NCBI GenBank assembly: GCA_023150895.1 | Contig: JAKLJY010000004.1 | Coordinates: forward strand, 43,605 to 107,604 | Direction of reading: 5' to 3' | From: Myxococcota bacterium | GTDB lineage: Bacteria > Myxococcota_A > Bradymonadia > UBA7976 > UBA1532 | DNA length: 64,000 bases | Part shown: piece by piece, positions 28,101 through 37,700 of the stretch | How positions within the stretch are numbered: the stretch's first letter is position 1 | How the letters are laid out: each line of letters starts with the position of its first letter | Notes under the pieces: model-generated | The model's database searches: none | What the model was told of the DNA's origin: nothing | The model's input: only the letters and a program-made list of their open reading frames with translations | Made by a program: the position numbers and the translations under genes

Positions 28101-31031
28101 ATGCGAGCGACGGCCGCGGGCCTCCGGACGATGGTGTTGTGGGCCGTGTGTGCGCTGGCGCTCGGCGGACTCGCCGGCCTCGTTTTGCCTGGAGTCGCCT
28201 GCGCGGGCGTCCCGTTGCCGGAGTGGCGCACCCTCGAGACACCCCATTTCCGGGTCAACTACCCGAGGGGTCTCGAGGCCGTCGCTTTCCGGGCGGCTCG
28301 CATCTGCGAGGAGGCGCATTCGGCGCTCGTGCCCATGCTGCACCACCGACCGACGGAGCGGACCGAGGTCTCCATCTCCGACTTCGGCGACGCGGCGAAC
28401 GGCTCGGCGACGGCGCTGCCGTCGAACCGCATGAACCTCCTCGCCGCCCCCCCGGGGCCCGACGGCAACCTGGGGGACTTCGACGACTGGCTGCGCCAGC
28501 TCATCTACCACGAGTACACGCACATCCTTCACCTGGACACCATTCATGGCGTCCCGAGGGCGCTCAATCACTTCTTCGGGAAGCGGTTCGCCCCCAATCA
28601 GAACATGCCGTCGTTTCTGATCGAAGGGGTCGCGGTCTACGTCGAGAGCCGAACCTCCGGTCGCGGGCGCGTCCGGTCGGCGATGTTCCGCGGCTGGCTG
28701 CGGACGGCCGCCCTCGAAGGCGCGCTCCACGACCTCGATGCCGCGACGCATTTCCCGCAGACGTTCCCCGGACCCAACGTCTGGTACATGTACGGCGGGC
28801 ATTTCATGGACTGGGTCGCCTCGCGCCATGGCGCCGACGCCCTCGCGCGCATGTTCGCCGTCTACGGCCACGACGTCGTTCCGTTCGCCGTGAATCGAGC
28901 GGCCGTCGCGGCGACGGGAGAGACCGTGACCGCGCTCTGGGCGGCCTGGCAGGCCGACGTCCGGGCGGAGGCCGAGTCCTGGCGGGACTACCGGGGCGTC
29001 TCGCCCGCCGAGGTCGGCAAGACGGCCCCCGCGCTGGTGACGACCTCCGGCGAGCGTCACGAGAACCCCCGTTTCCTGCCCGATGGCACGCTGCTCTCCA
29101 TCGAAGGCGACCCGGAAACGGAGACCGATGTCTACGATCGCGGCCCCGACGGGCGCCGCGCGCCGCGGGTCCGCCTTCATCTCGAGGCGACGGAGCGCTT
29201 CGACGTCTGCCGGCGGTCCGGCGTCCTGGTCTTCGATCAGGTCAACACGCACGCGGGCGGCTACTCGTTCACGGACCTCTTCGTGCTCGAGGGCGACCGG
29301 GTCCGCCGCCTGACCCGTGGCGCCCGCATCCGGGACCCCGCCTGCGACCCTGCGGGGCGCTTTGCGATCGGGGTGCAGATCGTCGCCGGTCGGACCCGCC
29401 TCGTGCGCGTCGAAATCGACACGGGAGAGGTCAGCGTCCTGTACGACCCAGGGCGCCTCGACCTCGTCGCGCACCCTGCCGTCTCGCCGGACGGGCGACG
29501 CGTCGCCTTCATCCGCATCGAAGCCGGCCGACGCGACGTGGGGCTGCTCGAGCTTGCAGGCGCCGGCGCCGCACCGACGTGGTTGACGCGGGACGATGCA
29601 TTGGAGCTGCGCCCCCGGTTCACGCCGGACGGTGCGGACCTTCTGTACGCCAGTGACCGGACGGGGACGTTCGAGCTCTATCTGCACCGCCTCGCCGGGG
29701 GCCCGCCGCGGCGGCTGACCAACACCGTCGGCGGGGTCGTGGAGGGCGAGATCTCGCCCGACGGACGACAGATGGCGACCATCTCCGTCACGGCGGGCGG
29801 GCTCGATCTCGGCATGCTGGCGTTCCACCCCGAGACCGACCTCGGTCACGCGCTCGACCTGCCGGCGGGCCGTACGCCGAGGCCGGATCCGGGAGACGCG
29901 CCGCTGCCGAATCGCCCGTACGAACCCACGGAGACGCTGTGGCCGACCGTCTGGGCACCCAAGATCGCGCTCTCGAGCCCGGAGTCGAACACGCAGCAGG
30001 TCGGGTTGCTGCTCGAATCGACCGACGCGCTGGCCCACCATGCGCTGCTCGGCGACTTCACGACCCAACCGGACGCCGGCGGATACGCGGCGCGGCTGGC
30101 ATGGGGCTATCGGCGGCACGTCCCCAACTTCGCGTTCTCGGCATCACACGAGACCCGGGTGCGCGACGGCGGGCAGTTCTATGCCAACGAACGGCACCCG
30201 CTGCGAGAGGACGTCTCGACGCTGGCAGGCAGCGTCGGGCTCTTCGTCAGTCGCAGCGGCCACGCCGGCAGTCTCTCGGCACGTCTGACCGGCGCGTGGT
30301 TTCGCCCCGTGGAAAACGTCACGCCCGAGTTCGACCCGCTCGACCCTGTTCCCGTGCTACCCGAGGCCTCGCGGACGACGGATCTCTCCATCGGCCTGTC
30401 CTATCGGCACACCGGCCGGACGCTCCGGGCCATCAGTGACGAATCCGGGCTCGCACTCTCGACCTCCCTGCGACTCCGGGACGACCTCATCGGGAGCGAC
30501 AGCCAGACGGCCGAGGTCTTCTTCGACTACCGACACTACCTCGACCTCTGGTTTCGCCACGTGCTCGCGTTCCGGCTGAGCAGCGCGTTCGGCGCCGGAG
30601 ACGACCGCCGAGGCATCAACTACGCGCTCGGACCCGCACCGGAGCGCAACCTCCTGCTCGATGCCCTCGACCAGATCATCTACGGGTCGACGTTCTTCCG
30701 GGGTTTTCCGTCCGGGACGGCGACGGGCAGCCGATATGCCCTCGTGACGGCGGAGTACCGCCTGCCACTCTTCGAACTGTACCGCGGCTTTTCGATGGTG
30801 CCGGCGTTCTTCCGGCATGTGAAGCTCGCGGTCTTCACGGACTGGGCGCAAGCCCGCCGTGATCAGCTCCGCGTCTATCCGAGCTCGTTTCGCAAGTCGG
30901 CCGGGGCCGAGCTCTCGGCGCACGCCCTGCTCGGGTGGCGGCTGCCGCTGGACGGCCGCATCGGCTACGCGCGGGGGTTCGGGGCTGATGGGGAACACCA
31001 GACCTACTTCTTCCTGGGCAACTGGTTCTGA
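28101..31031 (+). CDS. secreted tripartite protein: MA-clan-like HExxH module, TolB-like beta-propeller repeats, C-terminal OM beta-barrel-like domain
   Basis: Sec signal (MRATAAGLRTMVLWAVCALALGGLAGLVLPGVACA). HEYTHILH motif. Repeated PDG..(S/T)PDG.. blades (..FLPDGTLLS.., ..VSPDGRRVAFIR.., ..FTPDGADLLYASDRTGTFELY.., ..ISPDGRQMA..). C-terminal 350 aa has an alternating-strand pattern ending ..YFFLGNWF. Confidence 0.7.
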   Translation: MRATAAGLRTMVLWAVCALALGGLAGLVLPGVACAGVPLPEWRTLETPHFRVNYPRGLEAVAFRAARICEEAHSALVPMLHHRPTERTEVSISDFGDAANGSATALPSNRMNLLAAPPGPDGNLGDFDDWLRQLIYHEYTHILHLDTIHGVPRALNHFFGKRFAPNQNMPSFLIEGVAVYVESRTSGRGRVRSAMFRGWLRTAALEGALHDLDAATHFPQTFPGPNVWYMYGGHFMDWVASRHGADALARMFAVYGHDVVPFAVNRAAVAATGETVTALWAAWQADVRAEAESWRDYRGVSPAEVGKTAPALVTTSGERHENPRFLPDGTLLSIEGDPETETDVYDRGPDGRRAPRVRLHLEATERFDVCRRSGVLVFDQVNTHAGGYSFTDLFVLEGDRVRRLTRGARIRDPACDPAGRFAIGVQIVAGRTRLVRVEIDTGEVSVLYDPGRLDLVAHPAVSPDGRRVAFIRIEAGRRDVGLLELAGAGAAPTWLTRDDALELRPRFTPDGADLLYASDRTGTFELYLHRLAGGPPRRLTNTVGGVVEGEISPDGRQMATISVTAGGLDLGMLAFHPETDLGHALDLPAGRTPRPDPGDAPLPNRPYEPTETLWPTVWAPKIALSSPESNTQQVGLLLESTDALAHHALLGDFTTQPDAGGYAARLAWGYRRHVPNFAFSASHETRVRDGGQFYANERHPLREDVSTLAGSVGLFVSRSGHAGSLSARLTGAWFRPVENVTPEFDPLDPVPVLPEASRTTDLSIGLSYRHTGRTLRAISDESGLALSTSLRLRDDLIGSDSQTAEVFFDYRHYLDLWFRHVLAFRLSSAFGAGDDRRGINYALGPAPERNLLLDALDQIIYGSTFFRGFPSGTATGSRYALVTAEYRLPLFELYRGFSMVPAFFRHVKLAVFTDWAQARRDQLRVYPSSFRKSAGAELSAHALLGWRLPLDGRIGYARGFGADGEHQTYFFLGNWF

Positions 31032-31033
31032 GC

Positions 31034-31651
31034 ATGAACATGGAGACCGCGCCGCCCTCGCCCTCCGCACGCGCGACGCTGTTCTGGTCGCTGGCGCCCT
31101 TGGCGGTCTTCTACCTCGTCGAGAACGCGTATGGACTGACCGCCGCACTGATCGCGTCGATGGCCTTCACGCTCGGTGACCTGGCGTTCACCTGGTGGCG
31201 TCAACGCACACTGGACCGCGTCGCGCTCCTGACCGGCGGCCTCGTGCTGCTGCTCGGCGGACTCTCGCTCATCTCGGACGACGAGCGGTTCATGCTGTAC
31301 ACACCGGTCGTCGGCGATGCCCTCTTCTCCGGTCTCCTGGCCGGAAGCGTCATGCGTGGCCGACCGGTCCTGGTGGTGCTCGCCCTGAAGCAGGACCCGA
31401 CGCTCGTCGACGACGGGCCCCGCCGCGCATTTCTCGGCGGCATGACGCTGCGCCTCGCCGTCAACCTGGCGCTTCACGGCGTGGCGACGGCCCTCGCGGC
31501 GGGTGCGAGCCGCGAGACGTGGCTGTTCGTCTCCGGCCCGCTCCAGTACATCCAACTGGGGCTTCAGTTCGTCGTCGAGATCGTGTGGGGCCGGTACACG
31601 CTGCCGCCCGAGGAGCCGCCGCCCCCGGGCGATTCTCGCGACGATCGGTGA
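31034..31651 (+). CDS. inner-membrane protein, YciB/intracellular-septation-protein-A-like
   Basis: 5 TM helices. Pattern ..LAPLAVFYLVENAYG..FTWWRQRTLDRVALLTGGLVLLLGGLSLISDDERFM.. resembles the YciB family. Confidence 0.45.
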   Translation: MNMETAPPSPSARATLFWSLAPLAVFYLVENAYGLTAALIASMAFTLGDLAFTWWRQRTLDRVALLTGGLVLLLGGLSLISDDERFMLYTPVVGDALFSGLLAGSVMRGRPVLVVLALKQDPTLVDDGPRRAFLGGMTLRLAVNLALHGVATALAAGASRETWLFVSGPLQYIQLGLQFVVEIVWGRYTLPPEEPPPPGDSRDDR

Positions 31652-31749
31652 TCCGCCCCCCCTCGCCCGCCGGTGCGCGAGTGTGCGTTGCCGCAAACCG
31701 TTCCGCGTGGGCATACTGCGCCCGATCCTGCGAGGGGAGATCGCATCCG

Positions 31750-33819
31750 ATGAACGTCTCGAAGGGCCGGCTGCTCGCCGGCGTCTGGTTGGTCACGTCG
31801 ACCCTCGCCGCCTGCGGCGGTGAAGGCGTCACCCGAGCTGTCGTGGCCGATGCCGGCGGGGGCGACGCCGCACGCCCGGTCTCCGACGCCACACCGATTC
31901 TGCCCGACGCCGATCCGGACGCGACCCCGGCCGAGATCGGACTCACGATTGAGGCCCCGCTCGAGGGTCAATGGGTGAACACACGTCGATTCGAGGTCCG
32001 CGGCCGCTTCACGGGCCCGGCCAACGCGGTCGACGTCAACGGCGTCGCGGCCGTCCTCGACGCGGACACCTTCCGCGCGTTCGTCACGCTGGCACCAGGA
32101 CCGGGCGTCATCACCGTGACGGCCGGGGCGACTACGGCCACCGTCAACGTCACAGTCGATCCGGCGCCTCCGCGGATCGACATCACCGCACCGCTCCGCG
32201 GAACGTGGGTGGAAGACCTCACCGCCCCGCTGGCCTTCCGGGTGGCGGACGACAACGGCTTGACCGGGGTGTATCTGAATGAGCGCCGCCTGCCGGGGGC
32301 CGGCCCGGAGTTCTCCCTCGACGCCCCGCTCGCGCGCGGGTTGAACGTCCTCACGGCACGGGCCGACGACGTCGCCGGCAACATCTCGCGCGAGTCGGTG
32401 GCAATCCTCGCCGGTCCGACCCGCGATCCCGCATTGCCCATCGGCGGCGCCTTTCGCGTGCATCTCGGCCCCCGCGGCCTGCAGGGTGTCGGCGCCGAAG
32501 CCGCCCGTTACCTCGACGACCTGGACCTGCGCGGTTTTCTGCCGGCCGAACCGTTCGACGTCGGCGGCGTCCTCATCGAGGTGGCCGACGTCCGACACGC
32601 CCACCGCAGTACGGTTTCGCTCATTCCCGACGCGTTCGAGCTCGCCGTCGACGTTCACGTCGAGGCCGTGGAGATCGACGTCGAAATCACCATCAACGAA
32701 ACGCCCTACGGCGCGACCATTTCGGCAGCCGGGCTCGACCTGACGGGCATCCTGGCGCCCAACGTCGTCGAGGGCGAGATCCAGACCGGCGTGCGCGATC
32801 TCGCCTTGGACCTCGTGGACTTCGGCGTCGACCTCTCGGGCATTCCGGCGTTCGGCAACGACCCGGCCGGCGAGGAGAACCTGCTCGAACAGCTCGTCGA
32901 GGAGTTGGCGCGCTCGCTGGCGAACGAACGCGTCCCCGGCCTGCTGGATCAGGCCCTTGCCGACTTCGACCGGGTCTTCGATACGACGGTCCTCGGCGTC
33001 CCGCTCCGCGTGACGGTGGTCCCCGAGGAGCTTCTCGTCCGCGGCGATGGCCTCGCGCTCAAGGCCGGTGCCGGGGTGGAGCTCATCAGCCCGCCCGTCA
33101 ACGCGCCCGCCGCCCCCGGCTACCCGGGGCGCGTCTCCGGCTGGGACGGGGTCCCCGAAGGCGACGACCTCTCCGTCGCCGTCGACGACGACCTCATCAA
33201 TCTCGTGCTCTTCCAGTTCTGGCGCGCGGGCATCGCCTTGCCCGTCATCGATCGGGCTTTCCTCGCGGCGAACCCGGGTGCGGCCGAGCAGGTCCAGAGC
33301 GTGCTGGCCGTGTTGCTGTCGAGCGCCTACCCCGAGTTGGGTCCCAACGCGCCCGTCCGCCTGTCGACCGCCTTCACGCTCCCGCCGGTCGTCCATGTCG
33401 TCGGGTCGGACGGGGGGGCCGGCCTCACCATCGGCCTGGGCGACCTTGGCGTCAACGTCGACTCCGACGACGGTCAGCGCCGCCGCCTGATCGACGGCGT
33501 CGCTTCGATCGTCCTGGAGGGCGCGCTCTCCGTCGACACACCCGCCGGAGGCGCCCCGGCGCTGTCGGCGCGTGTCACGCGAACGACCGCCGTCTTCGAC
33601 GTCCTGACCGAGGCCCTGCGAGGCGAGGTCGAGGCGGGCATCGAGGGCCCGATGAACGTCCTCCTCGGCAGTCTCGGCGGCATCGTGACGGACCTTCTGA
33701 GCGGCCTGCCCCTCCCCTCGCTCGGCAGCCTCCCCGTCTCCGGACTGCAAGTCCGGGTCGAACCGAACTCGAGCGATTTCCTGCGGATCGACGCGGAGAT
33801 CACCCGTCGGGCGGACTGA
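31750..33819 (+). CDS. large lipoprotein with Ig-like/beta-sandwich repeats (hypothetical)
   Basis: Start at MNVSKGRLLAGVWLVTSTLAACGG (lipobox). The 31195 extension in the ORF track overlaps the previous gene and is Arg/Pro-rich. Asp/Val/Gly-rich beta-rich extracellular-type sequence. Confidence 0.6.
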   Translation: MNVSKGRLLAGVWLVTSTLAACGGEGVTRAVVADAGGGDAARPVSDATPILPDADPDATPAEIGLTIEAPLEGQWVNTRRFEVRGRFTGPANAVDVNGVAAVLDADTFRAFVTLAPGPGVITVTAGATTATVNVTVDPAPPRIDITAPLRGTWVEDLTAPLAFRVADDNGLTGVYLNERRLPGAGPEFSLDAPLARGLNVLTARADDVAGNISRESVAILAGPTRDPALPIGGAFRVHLGPRGLQGVGAEAARYLDDLDLRGFLPAEPFDVGGVLIEVADVRHAHRSTVSLIPDAFELAVDVHVEAVEIDVEITINETPYGATISAAGLDLTGILAPNVVEGEIQTGVRDLALDLVDFGVDLSGIPAFGNDPAGEENLLEQLVEELARSLANERVPGLLDQALADFDRVFDTTVLGVPLRVTVVPEELLVRGDGLALKAGAGVELISPPVNAPAAPGYPGRVSGWDGVPEGDDLSVAVDDDLINLVLFQFWRAGIALPVIDRAFLAANPGAAEQVQSVLAVLLSSAYPELGPNAPVRLSTAFTLPPVVHVVGSDGGAGLTIGLGDLGVNVDSDDGQRRRLIDGVASIVLEGALSVDTPAGGAPALSARVTRTTAVFDVLTEALRGEVEAGIEGPMNVLLGSLGGIVTDLLSGLPLPSLGSLPVSGLQVRVEPNSSDFLRIDAEITRRAD

Positions 33820-33821
33820 AA

Positions 33822-33836
33822 CGGGCGCGGGCCGTC
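33822..33836. terminator. candidate hairpin between convergent genes
   Basis: acggg-cgcgg-cccgt inverted repeat in the 15-nt gap between the lipoprotein stop (33819) and the rsmI stop (33835). Confidence 0.2.
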
Positions 33837-34710
33837 AGTCGTCCGAAGGCTCGCCAGCCTCCGGTGACGCACCGTGCCGCGCCGACAGGATGGCGCGATA
33901 GGCCGTGTCGCGGTCGACCCCGGTGCGCCGCACCAGCTCCTTCGCCGCGCGGGCGCCAGTGAACCCTTCCGCAAGGACCGCGCGGGCCGCGGATTCGACC
34001 GCCCCATCGTCGGGTGCCCCCTCCGGCGCAGCCCCCCCGACCAGGACGACCACCTCGCCGCGCACGACGCCGGGCGTTTTGGCCAGGTGCCCCAGCGTGC
34101 CGCGCTCGAAGGTCTCGTACATCTTGGTCAGCTCGCGGGCGATCACGGCCGGCCTCTCCGATCCGAGTACCGCCGCGGCCTCCTCGAGGAACGTCTCGAG
34201 ATCGTGGGGCGGCACGTAGAAGACCAACGTGTCCGGCGCGCCCGCGAAGGTCTCGAGCCAGGCCCTTCGGGCGTCTCGGCGAGCAGGCGGGAATCCGACG
34301 AATCGGAAACGATCCGTCGCGAGACCGGAAGCGCAGAGCGCGGCGATGGCGGCGCACGGGCCGGGGATGGGAACGACCGCCAGTCCCGCCTCGGCGACGG
34401 CCTTGACGACGGGGTAGCCGGGATCGCTGATGGCCGGGGTCCCGGCGTCCGAGACCAGGACGACCCGGCGCCCGGCCTGCACCCACTCGAGCACGCGCGC
34501 CGCAGTGCGGTCCTCGTTGTGGTCGTGCACCGCCACGAGAGTTGGACGGGGCAGGCCGAGCAGCTCGAGCAGCTGCGACGTCCGACGCGTGTCCTCGCAG
34601 GCGATGATCTCCGCCTCCCGCAGGCTGCGGAGCGCACGGAGGGTGATGTCCTCCAGGTTGCCGATGGGGACGGCGACGACGGACAGGCGGCCGCCCGTCG
34701 CCGCGTTCAC
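33835..34710 (-). CDS. rsmI: 16S rRNA (cytidine1402-2'-O)-methyltransferase
   Basis: RsmI signature (..LSVVAVPIGNLEDITLRALRSLREAEIIACEDTRRT..), tetrapyrrole-methylase fold. GTG start lies 1 nt after the stop of the giant gene (34712-34714), so it is probably co-transcribed. Confidence 0.85.
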   Translation of the reverse strand: MNAATGGRLSVVAVPIGNLEDITLRALRSLREAEIIACEDTRRTSQLLELLGLPRPTLVAVHDHNEDRTAARVLEWVQAGRRVVLVSDAGTPAISDPGYPVVKAVAEAGLAVVPIPGPCAAIAALCASGLATDRFRFVGFPPARRDARRAWLETFAGAPDTLVFYVPPHDLETFLEEAAAVLGSERPAVIARELTKMYETFERGTLGHLAKTPGVVRGEVVVLVGGAAPEGAPDDGAVESAARAVLAEGFTGARAAKELVRRTGVDRDTAYRAILSARHGASPEAGEPSDD

Positions 34711-34711
34711 C

Positions 34712-37700
34712 TCAGCCAATCGCGAGCCCGAGGGCCTTGCGGAGCTTGAAGTAGTTCTCCGAGAGCCCGTACAGGACGAGTTCGCGGACGCGATCCTGCA
34801 CCGGTGCCTTGCTGAACTGACCGGGCTCATTCTTGATGCAACGAACGGCCGCGCCGAGGTCGTTGCTCAGGACGAATCCGAGTCGATTCGACGAGTGCTC
34901 GATCATCTCGAGCCACTTCGACAGGTTCAGGTGCTGCTGCTGGTTCTCGCTCATCTTGGCGATCAGCTTGCTGATCTCCTGGAGGTCCGCCGCCGGAATG
35001 CCGCGGAAGCTCTCGAGCAGGTCGTCGTCCTTGAACGGAACCTCGGCCGCCGGGTTCACGAGCTTCATCACCGTGTAGACGATGGTGAAGAGGCGTGCCT
35101 TGCGACGCTCGTACGTCGGATCGATGGTGGCCGTGTAGAAGTGCTGGCCCATCATCATCAGCTGTTTCGAGCAGATGAACGCCAGTTCCTGCATGGATCG
35201 ACCGCTGAGCACGTCGCCCCCGACCATCATCGCGGGCGGGTTGAGGTTCGCGGACAGAATCCCATTCCCCGCGTCGGGGATGCGGAAGACCTCGACGCGA
35301 TGCAGACGGGTGACCTGAGTGACGTAGTTCAGCACGTTGTTGAAGGGGGTCTGCTCGGTCGGTTCGACCACGTCCTTCTTCTTGTGCAGCTTGAGGTCCT
35401 TGTGCTGCTGCGCCATCAGCGGGACGGTGTACTGATACAGCCGCTGGAAGAACTGCGCGAGCAGCAGGCTGAGCTCGGGGTGGTAGATCAGGCCCCACTG
35501 CTCGTTGTCGAGGGGCTTGCGGGCCTGCGCCAGCGTCTTGGACCGGTACTTCTCGAAGAAGGCGCGCTCGTCGGCGTTGGCATGACCGAGGTACGAGAGG
35601 ACCTGGCAAACGCACCAAGCCTCATCGTAACGGCCGCTCTCCATGAAGAGGCGTCGGACCTGCTGGTAGCTCTCCACGTTGCGCGGGTTGAGCTCGATCA
35701 TCTTGTAGTGCTCGGCGATCGCCTTGTCGGGCTGCTCGTTGAGTTCGAACAGCTCTGCGACGATCGTGTGCACCTGCAGGTCTTCCGGCGACTTCGTCAG
35801 CGCGATCTTGTAGGCCTTGATGGCCTCATCGTACTTCTTCAGTCGCGTCCGGTTGATCTCGCCGAGACCCTTCGCCAGCGTGATGACCAGCTTGTCGTCG
35901 AGCTTGGACTCCATCGCCCGCTTGAGCATCTTGCGGTAGTAGCGGTCCTGCCGCTCGTAGTCCCGCTCGTTGGTCAGGATCTGGTCGATGGCCTGGAACG
36001 CCTTGAGCATCGCGGCGTCGGCGTCGAGCGCCTTGTCGAGCGTGCGGACGGCCAGGAAGTTGTCCTTCAGCTCGTCTCGCTGAATGACACCGATGGTGTA
36101 GTAGTACTTCGACTGCCGCGCGGGATCCCGCTCGAGCTCCGCGAGGCGCGTGAGGATCTCGACGGCTTCGTTCCACTGTCGGGCCTCCTGGTAGAGGTCG
36201 AGCAGCTTGCTCAGCACGAGGCGGCTGTCCGACTGGACCGTGAGGGCCTCTTTGTAGGCGTCGACGGCCTTCGGCACGTTGCGCAGGTGCTCGCGCAGGA
36301 TGTCGCCGATCGTCACGAGCGACTGGAATCGATCGTTGGCGTCGAGGTCCAGCGCCAGCAACTGCCGGCGGTGATGGATGACGTCCTCCCAGTCGCCCTG
36401 CTTCTCGTGGAGATCCACGACGGCGCGCAGCACGCCCTCGTTGCGGGGCTCGAGGTCCAGCGCCTTCTTGAAGAAGTCGAGCGCCTTGCGCCGTTCGCCG
36501 ACCTTCAGCTTGATCTGACCCTGTCGATAGAAGATCTCGACGACGTCCGCCTCGCTGAGGTTCTCGCGATGGTGGACGAGGATCGTCTGGTAGATCTTGA
36601 AGGCGCGGTCCCAGTCTTCGCGACGGAACAGCAGGTTGCCCATGCCCTGCAGGGTGGGCAGGTGGGTGCTGTCGAGCTCGTACGCGGCCTTGTAATGGGT
36701 CAGGGCCTTCTCGTCCTTGTGGAGCTGCTCCGCGACGAAACCGACCCGGTAGTTGAGCGTCTGCAGCTCTCGAACGTCGGCGCTGGTGTTCGTCTTGTGC
36801 TGGACGATCAGGTCGAGCAGAGGCTCAGCGCGCTCCCACCGACGATCCTCCCAGTACACCTCGACGAGCGGCACCGCCGCCTCGACGTTGTCGTGCATGT
36901 CCCGCGACTGCTCGTAGTAGTCGATGGCCGCGCCCCGATCGCCGAGGAACTTCTCGTAGACCTGACCAATCTCGAAGAGGCACTTCGCCTTCTCCGGGAA
37001 GCTCTTCGTCGCCGCCTCGATCATCTTGAGGGTCCGGACGACGTCGCCCCACTCCGCGCGCTGCTCGTGGACACCCTTGAGGGCCTGCAGGGCGGGGAGG
37101 TAGGCCGGATCGTGTTCGAGCGCGCTCTTGTACCAGCGCTCGGCCTGGTCCAGGTCGCCGACCTTCTCCTCGTAGACCTTGCCGACCCGGTACTGCCGAT
37201 CGAGGACCAGGGGGCGCTCGTTGAGCAGATGCGCTTCGCGGCTCAGCGCGTCGATGCAGTTGGGCCAGTCCTCGACCTGAGCGTAGAGCTCGCCGAGGGC
37301 GGTCAGCGTCGCGAGGTGGCGAGAATCGATCTCGAGGACGGGCGTGAGCGTCTCGATGGCCGCATAGGCATCCGCCAGCGGACCCCGGTAGAGCGCTGCA
37401 AGCTGCGTGTACGTCGCCACGCGCGCCCGATCGTCCGTCAGGGCCTCGAGGTGGAGCCGGTACACGTCCGCGAGGTCGTGCCAGAGGCCCGCATCGCGAT
37501 ACAAACGTTCCAGGGCCCGGACGGCCTGGACGTTGGCGGCGTCGACCATGAGCATCTTGCGATACGTGTCGATCGTCGACGTCCGGTCACCGAGCTCTTC
37601 CTCCTGGATGAGCGCGATGCGTGCATAGATCGCGAGCTGCTGGGTCGGCTCCGTCTTGACGTTGAGCATCATCTCGAAGACGTCGAGGAGATCGCGCCAA

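Noticed and set aside
31195-33819. 874-aa version of the lipoprotein ORF
   Set aside because: The N-terminal 185 codons overlap the YciB-like gene in another frame and are Arg/Pro-rich. An ATG with a canonical lipobox at 31750 is the credible start.
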